DNA from: Antedon mediterranea
Taxonomy: Eukaryota > Animalia > Echinodermata
Reading direction: 5' to 3'
Assembly (NCBI RefSeq): GCF_964355755.1
Contig: NC_092675.1
Location: forward strand, 28,058,912-28,122,911
DNA: 64,000 nucleotides
Below the pieces are notes generated by a model, which saw nothing but the letters and a program-made list of their open reading frames with translations, ran no database searches and was not told where the DNA came from. How positions within the stretch are numbered: position 1 is the first letter of the stretch; each line of letters begins with the position of its first letter. Made by a program: the position numbers and the translations under genes. Shown one piece after another: positions 51,931 to 63,688 of the stretch.

Positions 51931-52752
51931 GTTATGCGAAGACTGTTGTACTTTATCTATCTCCCTCTTTCTTGAGACTTGAGGCCTGTTCAGACCTACT
52001 GTACAGAGTTATGCTTTCATATGATATGCAGCATGAACTCCAAAGGTTGAACCAGGAAAATATTGGAGGAAACCATTTCTTACGACACTTAACTTTTTGT
52101 ATATTACTATTGCATATCCGATGGCGTTTATCATTACCAAACATGTTGAGTTTTTTTTAGTAATAAAGGAAAGGAAATAGACGAATTAATAATCAATTCA
52201 ATTTGATAACTACTATGTTACTGTACTATTCAACATCAGGATACATATTCTCATAATGTCATCCTTTTTCCCCCAAACTTGTTGTACCTTTACAAATGAT
52301 TGTTACTTGACGTCACCATCGTTCTATAGGAAGCTGAATTGGGAAATAACCTGTGTAATTTTAGATTTGGTACAACCATGTGAAATAATTAAAGTTTCAT
52401 ATTGTGTTATAGTTAAGAAAAAAACAGGATATAAGTATGAAAATAATTGAGGTAGAACGCAAATATTAGTGCTTTGATGGAAATAAGGAAATACTTCTTT
52501 ATAGAATCCTTTTTTCCTTTTCATTTGTTACAGTATATCTATTTTTAGTATTCTTTAATTCTACATACGGTAACCACAGAATAAAATTCCTAAAACTATA
52601 ATAAGCATTTGAGGATGTATTGTCCAGCTTATCCCTAGACTTTTTTTTCCACCATAACTTTTGTCAAGCTTGCTAGAGCATGCATATAAAGTAATTAGGC
52701 ATTATTACACCTTATGGTCTTAATGGTTAGAACCCCCTTCACCAGCTAGAGC

Positions 52753-53640
52753 TAGTATGAAGTCTGGCACTATTACAGTACTGTATTACACTCTAGCCAT
52801 GTCCAAATGACCCATGTTGACGTACTTAGTATGAAGTCTGGCACTATTACAGTACTGTATTACACTCTAGCCATGTCCAAATGACCCATCTAGACGTACT
52901 TAGTATGAAGTCTGGCACTATTACAGTACTGTATTACACTCTAGCCATGTCCAAATGACCCATCTAGACGTACTTAGTATGAAGTCTGGCACTATTACAG
53001 TACTGTATTACACTCTAGCCATGTCCAAATGACCCATCTAGACGTACTTAGTATGAAGTCTGGCACTATTACAGTACTGTATTACACTCTAGCCATGTCC
53101 AAATGACCCATCTAGACGTACTTAGTATGAAGTCTGGCACTATTACAGTACTGTATTACACTCTAGCCATGTCCAAATGACCCATCTAGACGTACTTAGT
53201 ATGAAGTCTGGCACTATTACAGTACTGTATTACACTCTAGCCATGTCCAAATGACCCATCTAGACGTACTTAGTATGAAGTCTGGCACTATTACAGTACT
53301 GTATTACACTCTAGCCATGTCCAAATGACCCATGTTGACGTACTTAGTATGAAGTCTGGCACTATTACAGTACTGTATTACACTCTAGCCATGTCCAAAT
53401 GACCCATCTAGACGTACTTAGTATGAAGTCTGGCACTATTACAGTACTGTATTACACTCTAGCCATGTCCAAATGACCCATGTTGACGTACTTAGTATGA
53501 AGTCTGGCACTATTACAGTACTGTATTACACTCTAGCCATGTCCAAATGACCCATCTAGACGTACTTAGTATGAAGTCTGGCACTATTACAGTACTGTAT
53601 TACACTCTAGCCATGTCCAAATGACCCATCTAGACGTACT
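52753..53640. repeat. Satellite array, 12 x 74 bp
   Basis: The unit tagtatgaagtctggcactattacagtactgtattacactctagccatgtccaaatgacccatctagacgtact starts every 74 bp from 52753. Units 1, 8 and 10 carry catgttgacg instead of catctagacg. Confidence 0.97.
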
Positions 53641-54145
53641 TAGTATGAAGTCAGGTACTGTTACAATGTTACTGTACACTCTAGCCAGGTCCAAATGACC
53701 AGCAAATCCTCCTTCCCCATCTATACCTACAGTAGTATGAAGTCCGGTACTTTTACAGTGTTACTGTACACTCTGGCCAGGTCCAAATGACCAGCAAATC
53801 GTCCTTCCCCATCTATACCTACAGTAGTATGAAGTCCGGTACTTTTACAGTGTTACTGTACACTCTAGCCAGGTCCAAATGACCAGCAAATCGTCCTTCC
53901 CCATCTAGACCTACAGTAGTATGAAGTCAGGTACTGTTACAGTGTTACTGTACACTCTGGCCAGGTCCAAATGACCAGCAAATCGTCCTTCCCCATCTAG
54001 ACCTACAGTAGTATGAAGTCAGGTACTGTTACAGTGTTACTGTACACTCTAGCCAGGTCCAAATGACCAGCAAATCGTCCTTCCCCATCTAGACCTACAG
54101 TAGTATGAAGTCAGGTACTGTTACAGTGGTACTGGACACTCTAGC
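53641..54145. repeat. Related satellite array, 5.5 x 92 bp
   Basis: Units start at 53641, 53733, 53825, 53917, 54009 and 54101. They are homologous to the 74-mer plus an agcaaatcgtccttcc insert. Confidence 0.97.
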
Positions 54146-54239
54146 AATTAGGTCTCAATGATTATTTGGTAATTCCTCCATGACATATACTATGCTGTCA
54201 GAGTACAGTTACTGTAAGATATGCCACAACGGTGATTTT

Positions 54240-54380
54240 GTCAAACTAGTTTGACAAAAAAAATGTGATGTGCCCAAATATGGTAGTGATATGCCCAAAG
54301 ATGGTAGTGATATGACATCATCGTGTCAATATATGGGCACATTTTTTTGTCACATAAAATTTGATAGTGTAGACAGAGCT
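54240..54380. mobile_element. MITE family A copy 9 (left TIR eroded)
   Basis: tcaaactagtttgac...tagtgtagacagagct|taa. Confidence 0.85.
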
Positions 54381-54819
54381 TAAGTGTAGTTTAGTTTTTA
54401 GGGAACATCCTGGTTATTAGACATGAAAATTAAACTTAAAATGACGATAGCAAGAAGGAAATAAACCTAGATTGTTTAATTCATTTATTCCTTTCGATTC
54501 TTCTATTGATATCTTATTTAAATCTAAAATTTGTTTGAGTGCTTTCAATTGTTCTTATTGTTGTTCTTGTCATTTCCTCTTGTATGTATTCCATTGAGTG
54601 AGATCCTTGCTTTTAATGTGAATGAAATACATACAAAAGTACTATGCATCAGTATGTTCTAAAATAAATGCATGTTCAAATTTCCTTAAAATTTATTGAG
54701 TTACAGTATGTACTAATTTGAATCGTTTTTTCAAATTATACATTCAATAATTAATGCAAAATGTATAACTGTCAACCGCAGAAATACAGTTATCATCAAA
54801 TCCAACCTGAAGCATACAC

Positions 54820-54855
54820 CATAGAGATATTATAGTGAACTATAATATCTCTATG
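54820..54855. mobile_element. 36-bp perfect hairpin with a 7-bp flanking duplication (P-element-like CATAG termini)
   Basis: catacac|catagagatattatagt-ga-actataatatctctatg|catacac. Confidence 0.7.
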
Positions 54856-55455
54856 CATACACCCACTGTTTAAAAAAAAATAGCTTTAAAATGTTAGTGT
54901 TGGTTTAATTCTTAAAAGTTGGTCTACTTTAATAATGTACATTTCATTTGCCAGACAATGTGTACATAGTACATTAAAGTTCAAAAATCAGACCATTAAA
55001 TTTATATATTTCCTACTGTAGTGTAGGTGCTATGTGGTTTACATCTTTAGCATTAGTCAAGGGAAATGATCACCTTCTATGGTTTAAAAAAAAAGTTGTT
55101 TGCTAAACGGAAAGTACTTCGGTGGTTGATATCATCACTTTAGAAAGTTTAATAATGCTTTTCAAACAGCAGACTTTTTTGTGTGTTGCAGACTTGTTGG
55201 CAGAGGAATGTTTTTTCATATGCAAAAGCCGGTTTAGTTTACAAGTCCTTATTTTATTTAAAAAGTACCTTTAGGATTTTATTCCAGCTTTGTGACCTAT
55301 ATGCATCCTTCTAAAATTATGTATTGGTTATTATTTAAAAGGAAAAGAAAATGTACTTGTTGTTAGAAATGTAACTTTGTTACGTGAGTAGCTCCTCATA
55401 TAATATTTCCAAATTAAAATGCTTTCGCACACTGGTTTGTCAGGGTATAATGTAA

Positions 55456-55608
55456 AGTTCTCTCTACACTATCACACTTTTTGTGACAAAAAAATGTGAT
55501 GTGCCCATATATGGACATGATGATGTCATATCACTACCATAATTGGGTATATCACTACCATATTTGTGCACATCACACTTTTTTGTCAAAGATATTGTAG
55601 ACAGAGCT
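55456..55608. mobile_element. MITE family A copy 10
   Basis: agttctctctacactatc...gtagacagagct with the conserved core. Confidence 0.85.
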
Positions 55609-55621
55609 AGGTATACATAAC

Positions 55622-55674
55622 CATGGAGTAAGGAACTCCATGACATAACCCATGGAGGTAATTTTACCTCCATG
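55622..55674. mobile_element. Two adjacent micro-hairpins with CATGGAG...CTCCATG ends
   Basis: acataac|catggagtaaggaactccatg|acataac, followed by catggaggtaattttacctccatg. Confidence 0.55.
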
Positions 55675-56393
55675 CATTGCATAACCACTGTATCTCTGAG
55701 GCTTGTACTGACTTTTTCCCGAGAATATACATCAATGTAAACATGAACAAAATTATTTATGTTAAAAGAAAAAAAATACCAATAAAGAATAAATTTTTTT
55801 TAAATTTTGCGATTTAATTTAAATTAATCACTCATATAAAGTTGATTAATTAGTAGTTAAATCCAGATTATATTTCACCTTCTTACCATATATAATTTAA
55901 TCAATTACTTTAACAATAAACATTGACATAATAATTAGACGGAATACTTGTATTATTTGACAGAACACTTAACTTTTATGAATGGATTTAACAGACATGC
56001 TCACTTACAATAGATGTCCCCATCTTATAATGGAACAGTCCTCTAGCAACAACACAATAGGTTAGATTCAGTAGCAAATGATGACTATGCATAATTTCTG
56101 CTTTGAAGGTCACTGCAGTCACCCTGTTTGTGTTCTCATGCTAGCCACTAAGTGTGGGCACTTAAACTCAACAAAATATTGAAATTGTTATAGAATTCTT
56201 CACTTTCTGTTTTCAACTAATCTTCTTCACCCACTATCAGCTGTTTATAGACGACCAGAGACATCAAGAACGATTTGTAGTACTGAGTATAAACTCGCGT
56301 TCACTGTAGCATTGTATTGGATATCTTAAAAGCATAGCTGATTTGTCTTGGTATATTTGTGTTGTAATATAATATGATGGAATTTATAGACAA

Positions 56394-56463
56394 ATGAACA
56401 TGAATTTAAGCATTAAAGATGTTCGTTTACATAGAAACAAGACAGACTTTATGACAGATGCTG
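56394..56463 (+). CDS. Candidate first coding exon (MNMNLSIKDVRLHRNKTDFMTDA) of a gene continuing beyond the window
   Basis: The ATG is preceded by an in-frame stop and the frame is open to a consensus donor CTG|gtaagt (phase 1). No homology recognised and no partner exon found. Confidence 0.3.
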
Positions 56464-57074
56464 GTAAGTATAATTATGTATGGATTGCTAATATGTTGAT
56501 TTGAACTCATGAATGATATTATTGTGAGTCATAAATGGTCTTTCCCTATTGCTATTACTGTTCTAGTATTTTTGCTATGGCGTGGTGTTAACTGTAGCAT
56601 GGTATTTTCTTAGGAAAGGATGTGGTAATATTTCATAGTATAGTGAGAACCCAGGTTGTGAAATCGTAATTGGTTAAAATCAATTGTTCCTGGTATCAAT
56701 GAATATTTAATTAAATCAATTGAAGGAAGACTAGCTCATTATTGTGGTTTAGGACGTGTCGTTGGGCTTAATATAAATATACCTGTAGTAACATATTTTC
56801 TATTCATAATGCACTCAATAGATACAAGACCGGCTATATTAGTTAATCATTATCCATACAGGTATTTATAATTATTCATTGCTAATGACCACTCTCACTG
56901 TTTTATATGATGGCCAAGTTAGATCGGTCATTTATCGGTTTTATTTTTGTCACAATAAAATCTCATGGTATTTTCTAGATGGTAGTTTAGTAAAAACAAT
57001 ATTATCAAAGGCGTAGCTGATCTATTCATAAGAAAACAAGGCTTCCTTTAATGTGTAGTCCTAACAGGCTCTTT

Positions 57075-58653
57075 GGGCCTGTTTCTGCTGCATAGAAAAT
57101 AACCGGTTAAAATCGGTGTGAATAAATTAAAATCGGTGTGAATAAATTAACTCCATTTTCTTGGCAGCAGAAACAGGACAAATTTGGGGTAACCGGTTAA
57201 AAGGCAGCGCAAAATAACCGGTTAAAAACACCAATTTAAATCGGTGTTAGAACGCCGTTTAACCGGTTATCGCTGAGCAATTCTTAGCTGCAACACTAAA
57301 TAACGGTTATTTGATTGACAGTTGTGACCCCGGGTCAGATACTACCGTCGCATACGATGTGTGTTTTCCTCGTGGTTTTGACAGTTGAACGAAGAAGTGA
57401 ACATGTATGTGGATGAATGAAATCACAAGATATGTTATTCAGTTGTGGGGGGAGAGAAAGTACGGGGAAGGATGGAAGGCAATAGAAAAGAATCACAGAT
57501 AATAAATAAGAGCATTTTTGCGAAAGTAAAATAGAAATTTGGGGTGGAGTTAAGCAATTTGAGGCGTTATTAGGTACACGCTCGCGAAGGGAATAAACAC
57601 CAAAACGGAAAAAAAAGGGACTCAGAATGTTGCAAATACCTACCAAACGAGAGTAGATAATGGTTAATTAATTATGAAAACCCAAATTTTATAGCAAAAA
57701 TCATCCGAATTTATGTTATAAACGATGAATTTAGCAACAAAAACTTAATCCAAACGAGCGTATTTATGGCACGGCCTTAGTGCCTTTCATAGGAGAACAA
57801 TGAACAATCTTACTTTGATCGTTTTACATATAATTTGTTTAGAAAAACATCACATCGACCAAAAACAAAGGTTATCAGAGCCTTTGATAATATATTAAAT
57901 ATGATTTTATTAAGCATAGAAATGTGTTATTATTTATGTTAGTACATAAATATACGAAACAATGTTTAATACTCATTATTCTATTAAAGGCACTATGTGC
58001 GTGCGATAGGCCTATTCTATGACTTGGATACTCTCGTTTGATTTAAGTTTTTGTGGCTAAACTCGTCGTTTTTAACATAAATTCGGACGATTTTTGCTAT
58101 AAAAGTTGGGGTTTCATAATTAATTAACAATATATCTACTCTCGTTTGGTAGGTATTGCAACATTCTGAGTCTCGTTTTTGTTTCCGTTTGGTTTTTTGT
58201 AGGACCGGGCTCGCGAAAGACAACAGTCGTTCACGTGGGAAGGGCCTTTGTTGAGGAATTAGGCTAGATAAAAATTATCCTAGGCGATCGGGCGCTGCAC
58301 GACCCTCCCCGTGTTATTGAAGGCGCCATGAGAATTAATTTTATTAACGATGGTAAGTAGGCTTTACAAAAAACAAAACTTGTAGACAACATTTTATTAT
58401 GTTAACATGTTTAAGATGGCGATATCACACACGTGTGTACTGACGTCGATGTAAACAAACAGCCAACTTACTACTTCCGTCTGAGTGTATTGCATTTTGG
58501 GTAATGATGACGTTTTGCTCGACGACCACCCATAGATTTAACCGGTTATTTCGGAGCACAAATTGAGCAGAAACGCGGTCTTGTTATTGTTATCTATTTT
58601 TAATCTATTTTAAAATAACCGGTTAAATTGCGTTATGCAGCAGAAACAGACCC
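57075..58653. mobile_element. Non-autonomous PIF/Harbinger-like DNA transposon, 1579 bp
   Basis: 20-bp TIR gggcctgtttctgctgcata / tatgcagcagaaacagaccc (1 mismatch), ttt on both flanks, six subterminal TAACCGGTTA palindromes, and a CpG-rich interior. Confidence 0.85.
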
Positions 58654-58880
58654 TTTGTCTTAGCTAGGCTACCACGAAATTACTGGAATTTCGCACCTAA
58701 ATTTTGAGGGTTGCTGACAAGAACTAATATGGCCATATACTGTATGCCATCTGTAAAGAAAGAGTCTGATACGTGCTGTGATAGAAATGGCTTTAGGGTG
58801 TCCGTTATAATTTTTACATTGTCTTACTAGGGCGCAACACAAGGACAAAGCGACAGCTACAGTAGTTTAGTGATCTGTTG

Positions 58881-59193
58881 CAGTGAGTGGCCAAGCGGTT
58901 AAGACAGTGGAACCGTAATACCATATTAACATTGGCAAGGGTAGCCTCACTCACTCCATGGTTCTGGTGATAAAACAAGTTTTTTCGGATAAGGACTATA
59001 AACCGTAGGTCCAGTGTACACATCTAACTCATGTGCACTTTAAAGAATCTACAGCAGTACATCTTTTGAGACGAGTAGGGGTTACCCCAATGTACTAGTA
59101 TACACACAGCCACTGTCACTCATCAAGAGGGCCCCTTGATTTTCAGCATACGCTGTTTAGGGTAACCCTATAAATAAGGTGTAATAAAAAAAA
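58881..59193 (+). mobile_element. tRNA-derived SINE with Deu-like core, sister of the 49.3 kb copy
   Basis: tggccaagcggttaagac head, the identical core cggataaggactataaaccgtaggtccagtgtacaca, gagtaggggttacccc, and an A-rich tail. Confidence 0.82.
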
Positions 59194-59734
59194 ATTTAAA
59201 AAATAAATTTATTGTATGAAAATATTTCTAAAAATTGTTAACTGTTGTTAAATCTCGATCTCACACCTCCCGCCCCCTCCCCCTCTGCTTATGTCAATTC
59301 TCTCACTTTATTATTCAAATTTTATAGATTGAACACTTCTATTTCTACACTAAAATCATTTTGCGGTTTACCACCATTTAACGGCTAATGATTAATCCTA
59401 TAAATTGGAGTAATCACATTAGATTTTATTGTATCAAGAGGTTCCGTTTTTATTCAGTAATATTTTAAAACTGACCTTGCACAATAGATAGATGTCTGTT
59501 GTCATCATAGATACACAGCTGACCTACTTTTTCCTTATTATAATTAACTAACTTTTCACCTTTGACCCATCATGTCAGCAATACACCGTGACATGATGGA
59601 TACAGTGCACTTTAAATATCTTTATATAATAATTTATGGTAAAAAATATGTTCAAACCTAAAACTTTTCTGAATACAGTTAACATTGTTATACTTTTTAT
59701 CTAAAACGTAGGGGGAATAAATTTGATTATACAT

Positions 59735-59854
59735 ATTACATCCAAAAAAATAAATGCCTCCCTTGAATAAACGCTTCCCTCGAATAAACACCTCCCTAAA
59801 AAACTCTCTAACATTAAATAAAATCCCTGGGGTGTTTATTCGAATAAATACGTT
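59735..59854. mobile_element. Tc1/mariner (pogo-like) MITE remnant
   Basis: Repeated gaataaac subunits, the inverted gtttattcgaataaatacg, and a terminal TA. Confidence 0.5.
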
Positions 59855-62800
59855 ATTTTATTTGTTATTTCTCAGGGAAATCATTCACATGTTTAACAAT
59901 CCCATTGTATTTTCATTTCCAATAGTGCATGTCATTTACATATATTTGTTGAGCATAAGGAAAGTGATTTAGCATACAATACTGAACTTGTCAATATGGC
60001 ACACAGTTTACTTTATGATAATAAGATGAATAATGTTGCATAGTAACAATTGTTACCATCCCTATTATTTATACCTGTATTGAATTTATACCAAAATAAT
60101 AAATAACAAAATCTAAGTATAGGTATATAATGCATAACATGTAAGTTGCTTCTGTTTCAAAGAAATCGGAGTCTAAAAAGCACATGGAAAACCACCATTT
60201 TCACTTGAAAGTACAGTAGCAGTAGTAGTAATAGTAGTAGTAGTACAGTAGGTCCGTCGTTTCTACAGAACATACAACAAACTAATAGACGCCAACCGTA
60301 CAAATTAAAATCTGATAAGTTAGATTTTTTTTTTTTCATTGTTTATTTCCGGAAAAAAGAATACAGAGTACAACATTCTCCATTAAATGTCTACATTATT
60401 ATAAATATAAAGAAAAACAATTATAGCCTGGATTGACCTGAAAATATTTCAAAAACATACTGTAGGCCTATAATACTATCCTACATATTCATTAATCTAT
60501 ATCCAGATGTACATTGCATTGCAACTGCGACATGCATAACTTTTTTTGGATCACAGATTATTAACCTATGAAGTCAGAATTACATGCTGTGATTGGATGC
60601 TGTTGTTGAAGGTGGCCTATCCAGTTTCAGTGAATACCCGGATGGTTAAGGGCCCTCGATAAAACATAATGTACTGTACATTAATCATATTAAATATTCA
60701 AAGGTATAATATTAACTAAAAAATGATAAATAAACTTTGAGGTTGAAGTAGATGGTTGAAACTACTGTACAGTACAGTAAAGTCAATGTTAATTTGGAAT
60801 TTTATTCAAGTACATACAGTACTCTAGTGTGTTTCTTCACTCCTACCTCAACACAGTTTTGATGGTGTGGACACATTGATTGACCTGACCTAGTTAGGTC
60901 ATCTGTCCTTGCAAATCAAAACTCCCTATTATTGCTTTAATATTCAAGGAACCATTTTGAACGACTCTTTTAAATTGCAGTATACAGTACTAGTATTACG
61001 GTCTGCTGAAAGTCATGTGCAGAAGTAGAAATGTTTTGTAATGTTGTCTTTAAAAAGTCATTTAATATTGAAATCAGACATATGGCAGTACGCACTTGAA
61101 AGAGACTGTATTGATGGAGCAGCGTACTATGAACTGGTACTATACTTATGATGATGTTTTAAGTATCATCCTGTAGCACTTGAGTACAGAAACTAAAAGT
61201 GTGGTATACATGTACTGTATGCATTCCCGACGACGACTAAACTGCACATGGTTTATAGGTTCATGGAACTCTACGTACACTACCGTACACGAGTCAGTAA
61301 CTTTTATGTTCGATAGGGCTTGTTATGTTTTTTTGGAGGGGGTTGTTTGCAGTGTTAAGCAAATTACCCAAGCCTAAACGGTACTACTGTAAACTACTGC
61401 ATTCAGCTCTTTGTCTTTCTTTGTAATTTGGTTACCATCTTTTCTCAAACACCCAGGTTCTCTCCACAGTACTCCCATTTGCAAAGGATTATCAGTTGTT
61501 TGCTGTCCAGTACAGTACCTGTGATTGTGAGTTCACAAACAAAATAGACTTTGATTATTAAACACTACATACTGTATCGTTGATACCTGTACAATCATGC
61601 TGAAATAAGTTATTCTCCTAATATCAATTTATGACACATCTGTTTAACTACAGACCTTAATTGCTTTTTATGTTTACCAGTTCAGTAAAGTTTGTAGCAT
61701 ATTAGTTTGAACTATCGACTGTTTAAATACAGTATGTTAGGATTTCTTATCATAGATAAATAAAGCATTCACAGCTTATATCCAGACTAATCTGGATTTA
61801 GTTTAGACCATGAAGTCTTACGAAATGTACATGAACAAATTCTAGAAATAAGCGCAGTCATTTAAGTACGTTAGTGGTGAACTTAGACCTTGAAAGCTCT
61901 TCATGTTTGGTATTGGGCACTAGTTTTGAATCACTTTCATTTTTATAAGCATGTTCCAATGAGATGAAAAGTTGTTGGTCCTGTGCTGTATGAGCAATTT
62001 CCACTTTTAAAAACGCAACCCTTTCAAATTCACTAAAGTCTAATAGAAGTTCTCTCTTTGTGTATATGCTGCGAATACTCTAGATAAAATTACTTGAGTT
62101 CATCCCAATCCCAGATCTTATACAAACCCTTCAGGACCCAACAAAGGGTCCCCTACAGTAATATCAGGAGATTCCCCTGAATAGAAAGTTAGACATAAAG
62201 TATTTTCAATCATTAATTTAATAGGAAAGTGTCAGACTCAGATTTGACAGGAAAATATCTGAAAGGTATTATAACTCTCTTCAAGAGTCATACAGTGAAT
62301 GATAAATATGCTGTTAATATTCAGGTAGAATTTGTCCTTTAATGTGCAATACCACTCGATTTAGGAAATCATTTGTCCACAACTCTAATTCATGTTTCCG
62401 ACTCAACATTTCAAAGATAGTTGTTTTTTTTTATTCCTTCAGTAAATATAACTTGTTTACTTTATAGTTTTAATGTATTGTATTGATATTGTTTAATGTT
62501 TTATATATTGTATGTGTTTTTAAGCATCAAGGAAAACCAATTTCATGTTCGCCTTGTTGTGTAAAGATTTATCATATCTTATATTTCAGGAAAATTAATA
62601 CAGTATTTTCAGATCCTTCTGCCTTCAAATTACTAATTGTCCCTGACTAATGTATTCAATATTGTATAATTTAACCATGACCGAATTTTAACTCTATTGC
62701 ATGCCCACTCCTTTCTTTCTATCCACTTTCACACTATCTTTCTCGCCCACATTATTTTTTATGAATCCTTAGGAAAATGTCTTTCCTGAAAAATGACCAC

Positions 62801-63432
62801 ATCAACAATTTAAAGTGCTTATTTGTGTTTATTTTCCTCACCATTGTGGTTACTTGTCTTTCTTTAATTGTACTTAAAACTTGTCCTTGGTATTAATTCT
62901 ATACTTAACAGTACTGTACTGTTGTTTACTTTATAGTCATTTACTGAAGGAGAGCAAAGAAATTAGTATGTTCAGTTCCAGATTCTTCTAACTTTTTAGA
63001 AAGGATTTGGAACCAATTATTTTCAGTTCAACTTTTTTTTTGTACACACAGTTTAATGAATTTTAAATTAACATCTAAAGTTCCATAAAATGGAAGAGTT
63101 GGCCATTTTATTGTACAGTAGCATTCAAATCTGTAGATTGACACTGGTATTAACATAATCATCAAGCTAGAGTACTTAAACCTCCTTGTTCAATAAATTC
63201 ATTTTTTCTTCAACATTTCCCTATAGTACTAAAGTAACAAATGCTTTGTTATTCTATCTACTATATAGTACAGTAGGGAGTACCCTCACTTTTTTCTGTT
63301 TGCATATCATGTGGTAGGATGTCATAATGTGGTAACCCATAAAAGCAGAAAATTGTCATGAGCTAGGCTATTTTAGTAAGCTTATTTACTTTATTGATGG
63401 ACAAGTATTACATACAGATATACAGTAGCATA

Positions 63433-63688
63433 CCCTCTTTCAGATGAGACGTTGAGCCGTTGGTCCCATGTGCTACGTGGCTCATGTGCACCTTAAAGAA
63501 TGCAGTACAGTCTTTGATTGTCTCCCGGTGTACTGCCCGATTCACCAGCAGAAGGATCCTACTGGTCTACAGACGTACATTAGTGGGCTATCCTTGGTGT
63601 GTATCAATTCTGCTGCCTTTGTGTGTACAGTTTTAAAACAACTGGAAAAGGGGAAGGGGTTCAAAGCTTTGAAACTTAGTTAGTTAGT
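63433..63688 (+). mobile_element. Headless SINE fragment with Deu-like core and (TTAG)n tail
   Basis: cagatgagacgttgagccgttggtccc...gcaccttaaagaa...cccggtgtactg, ending in ttagttagttag. Confidence 0.6.

Noticed and set aside
52753-54145. CRISPR-like array or ribozyme array
   Set aside because: The units are contiguous with no unique spacers, there are no cas genes and the context is eukaryotic. There is no hammerhead core on either strand. The resemblance of gccaggtccaaatgacc to the twister ribozyme core is superficial, and I could not build the required pseudoknots.
57335-58223. ORFs inside the Harbinger-like element as transposase remnants
   Set aside because: No DDE or Myb/SANT motifs are recognisable, and the 58017 ORF lies in an inverted-repeat arm.
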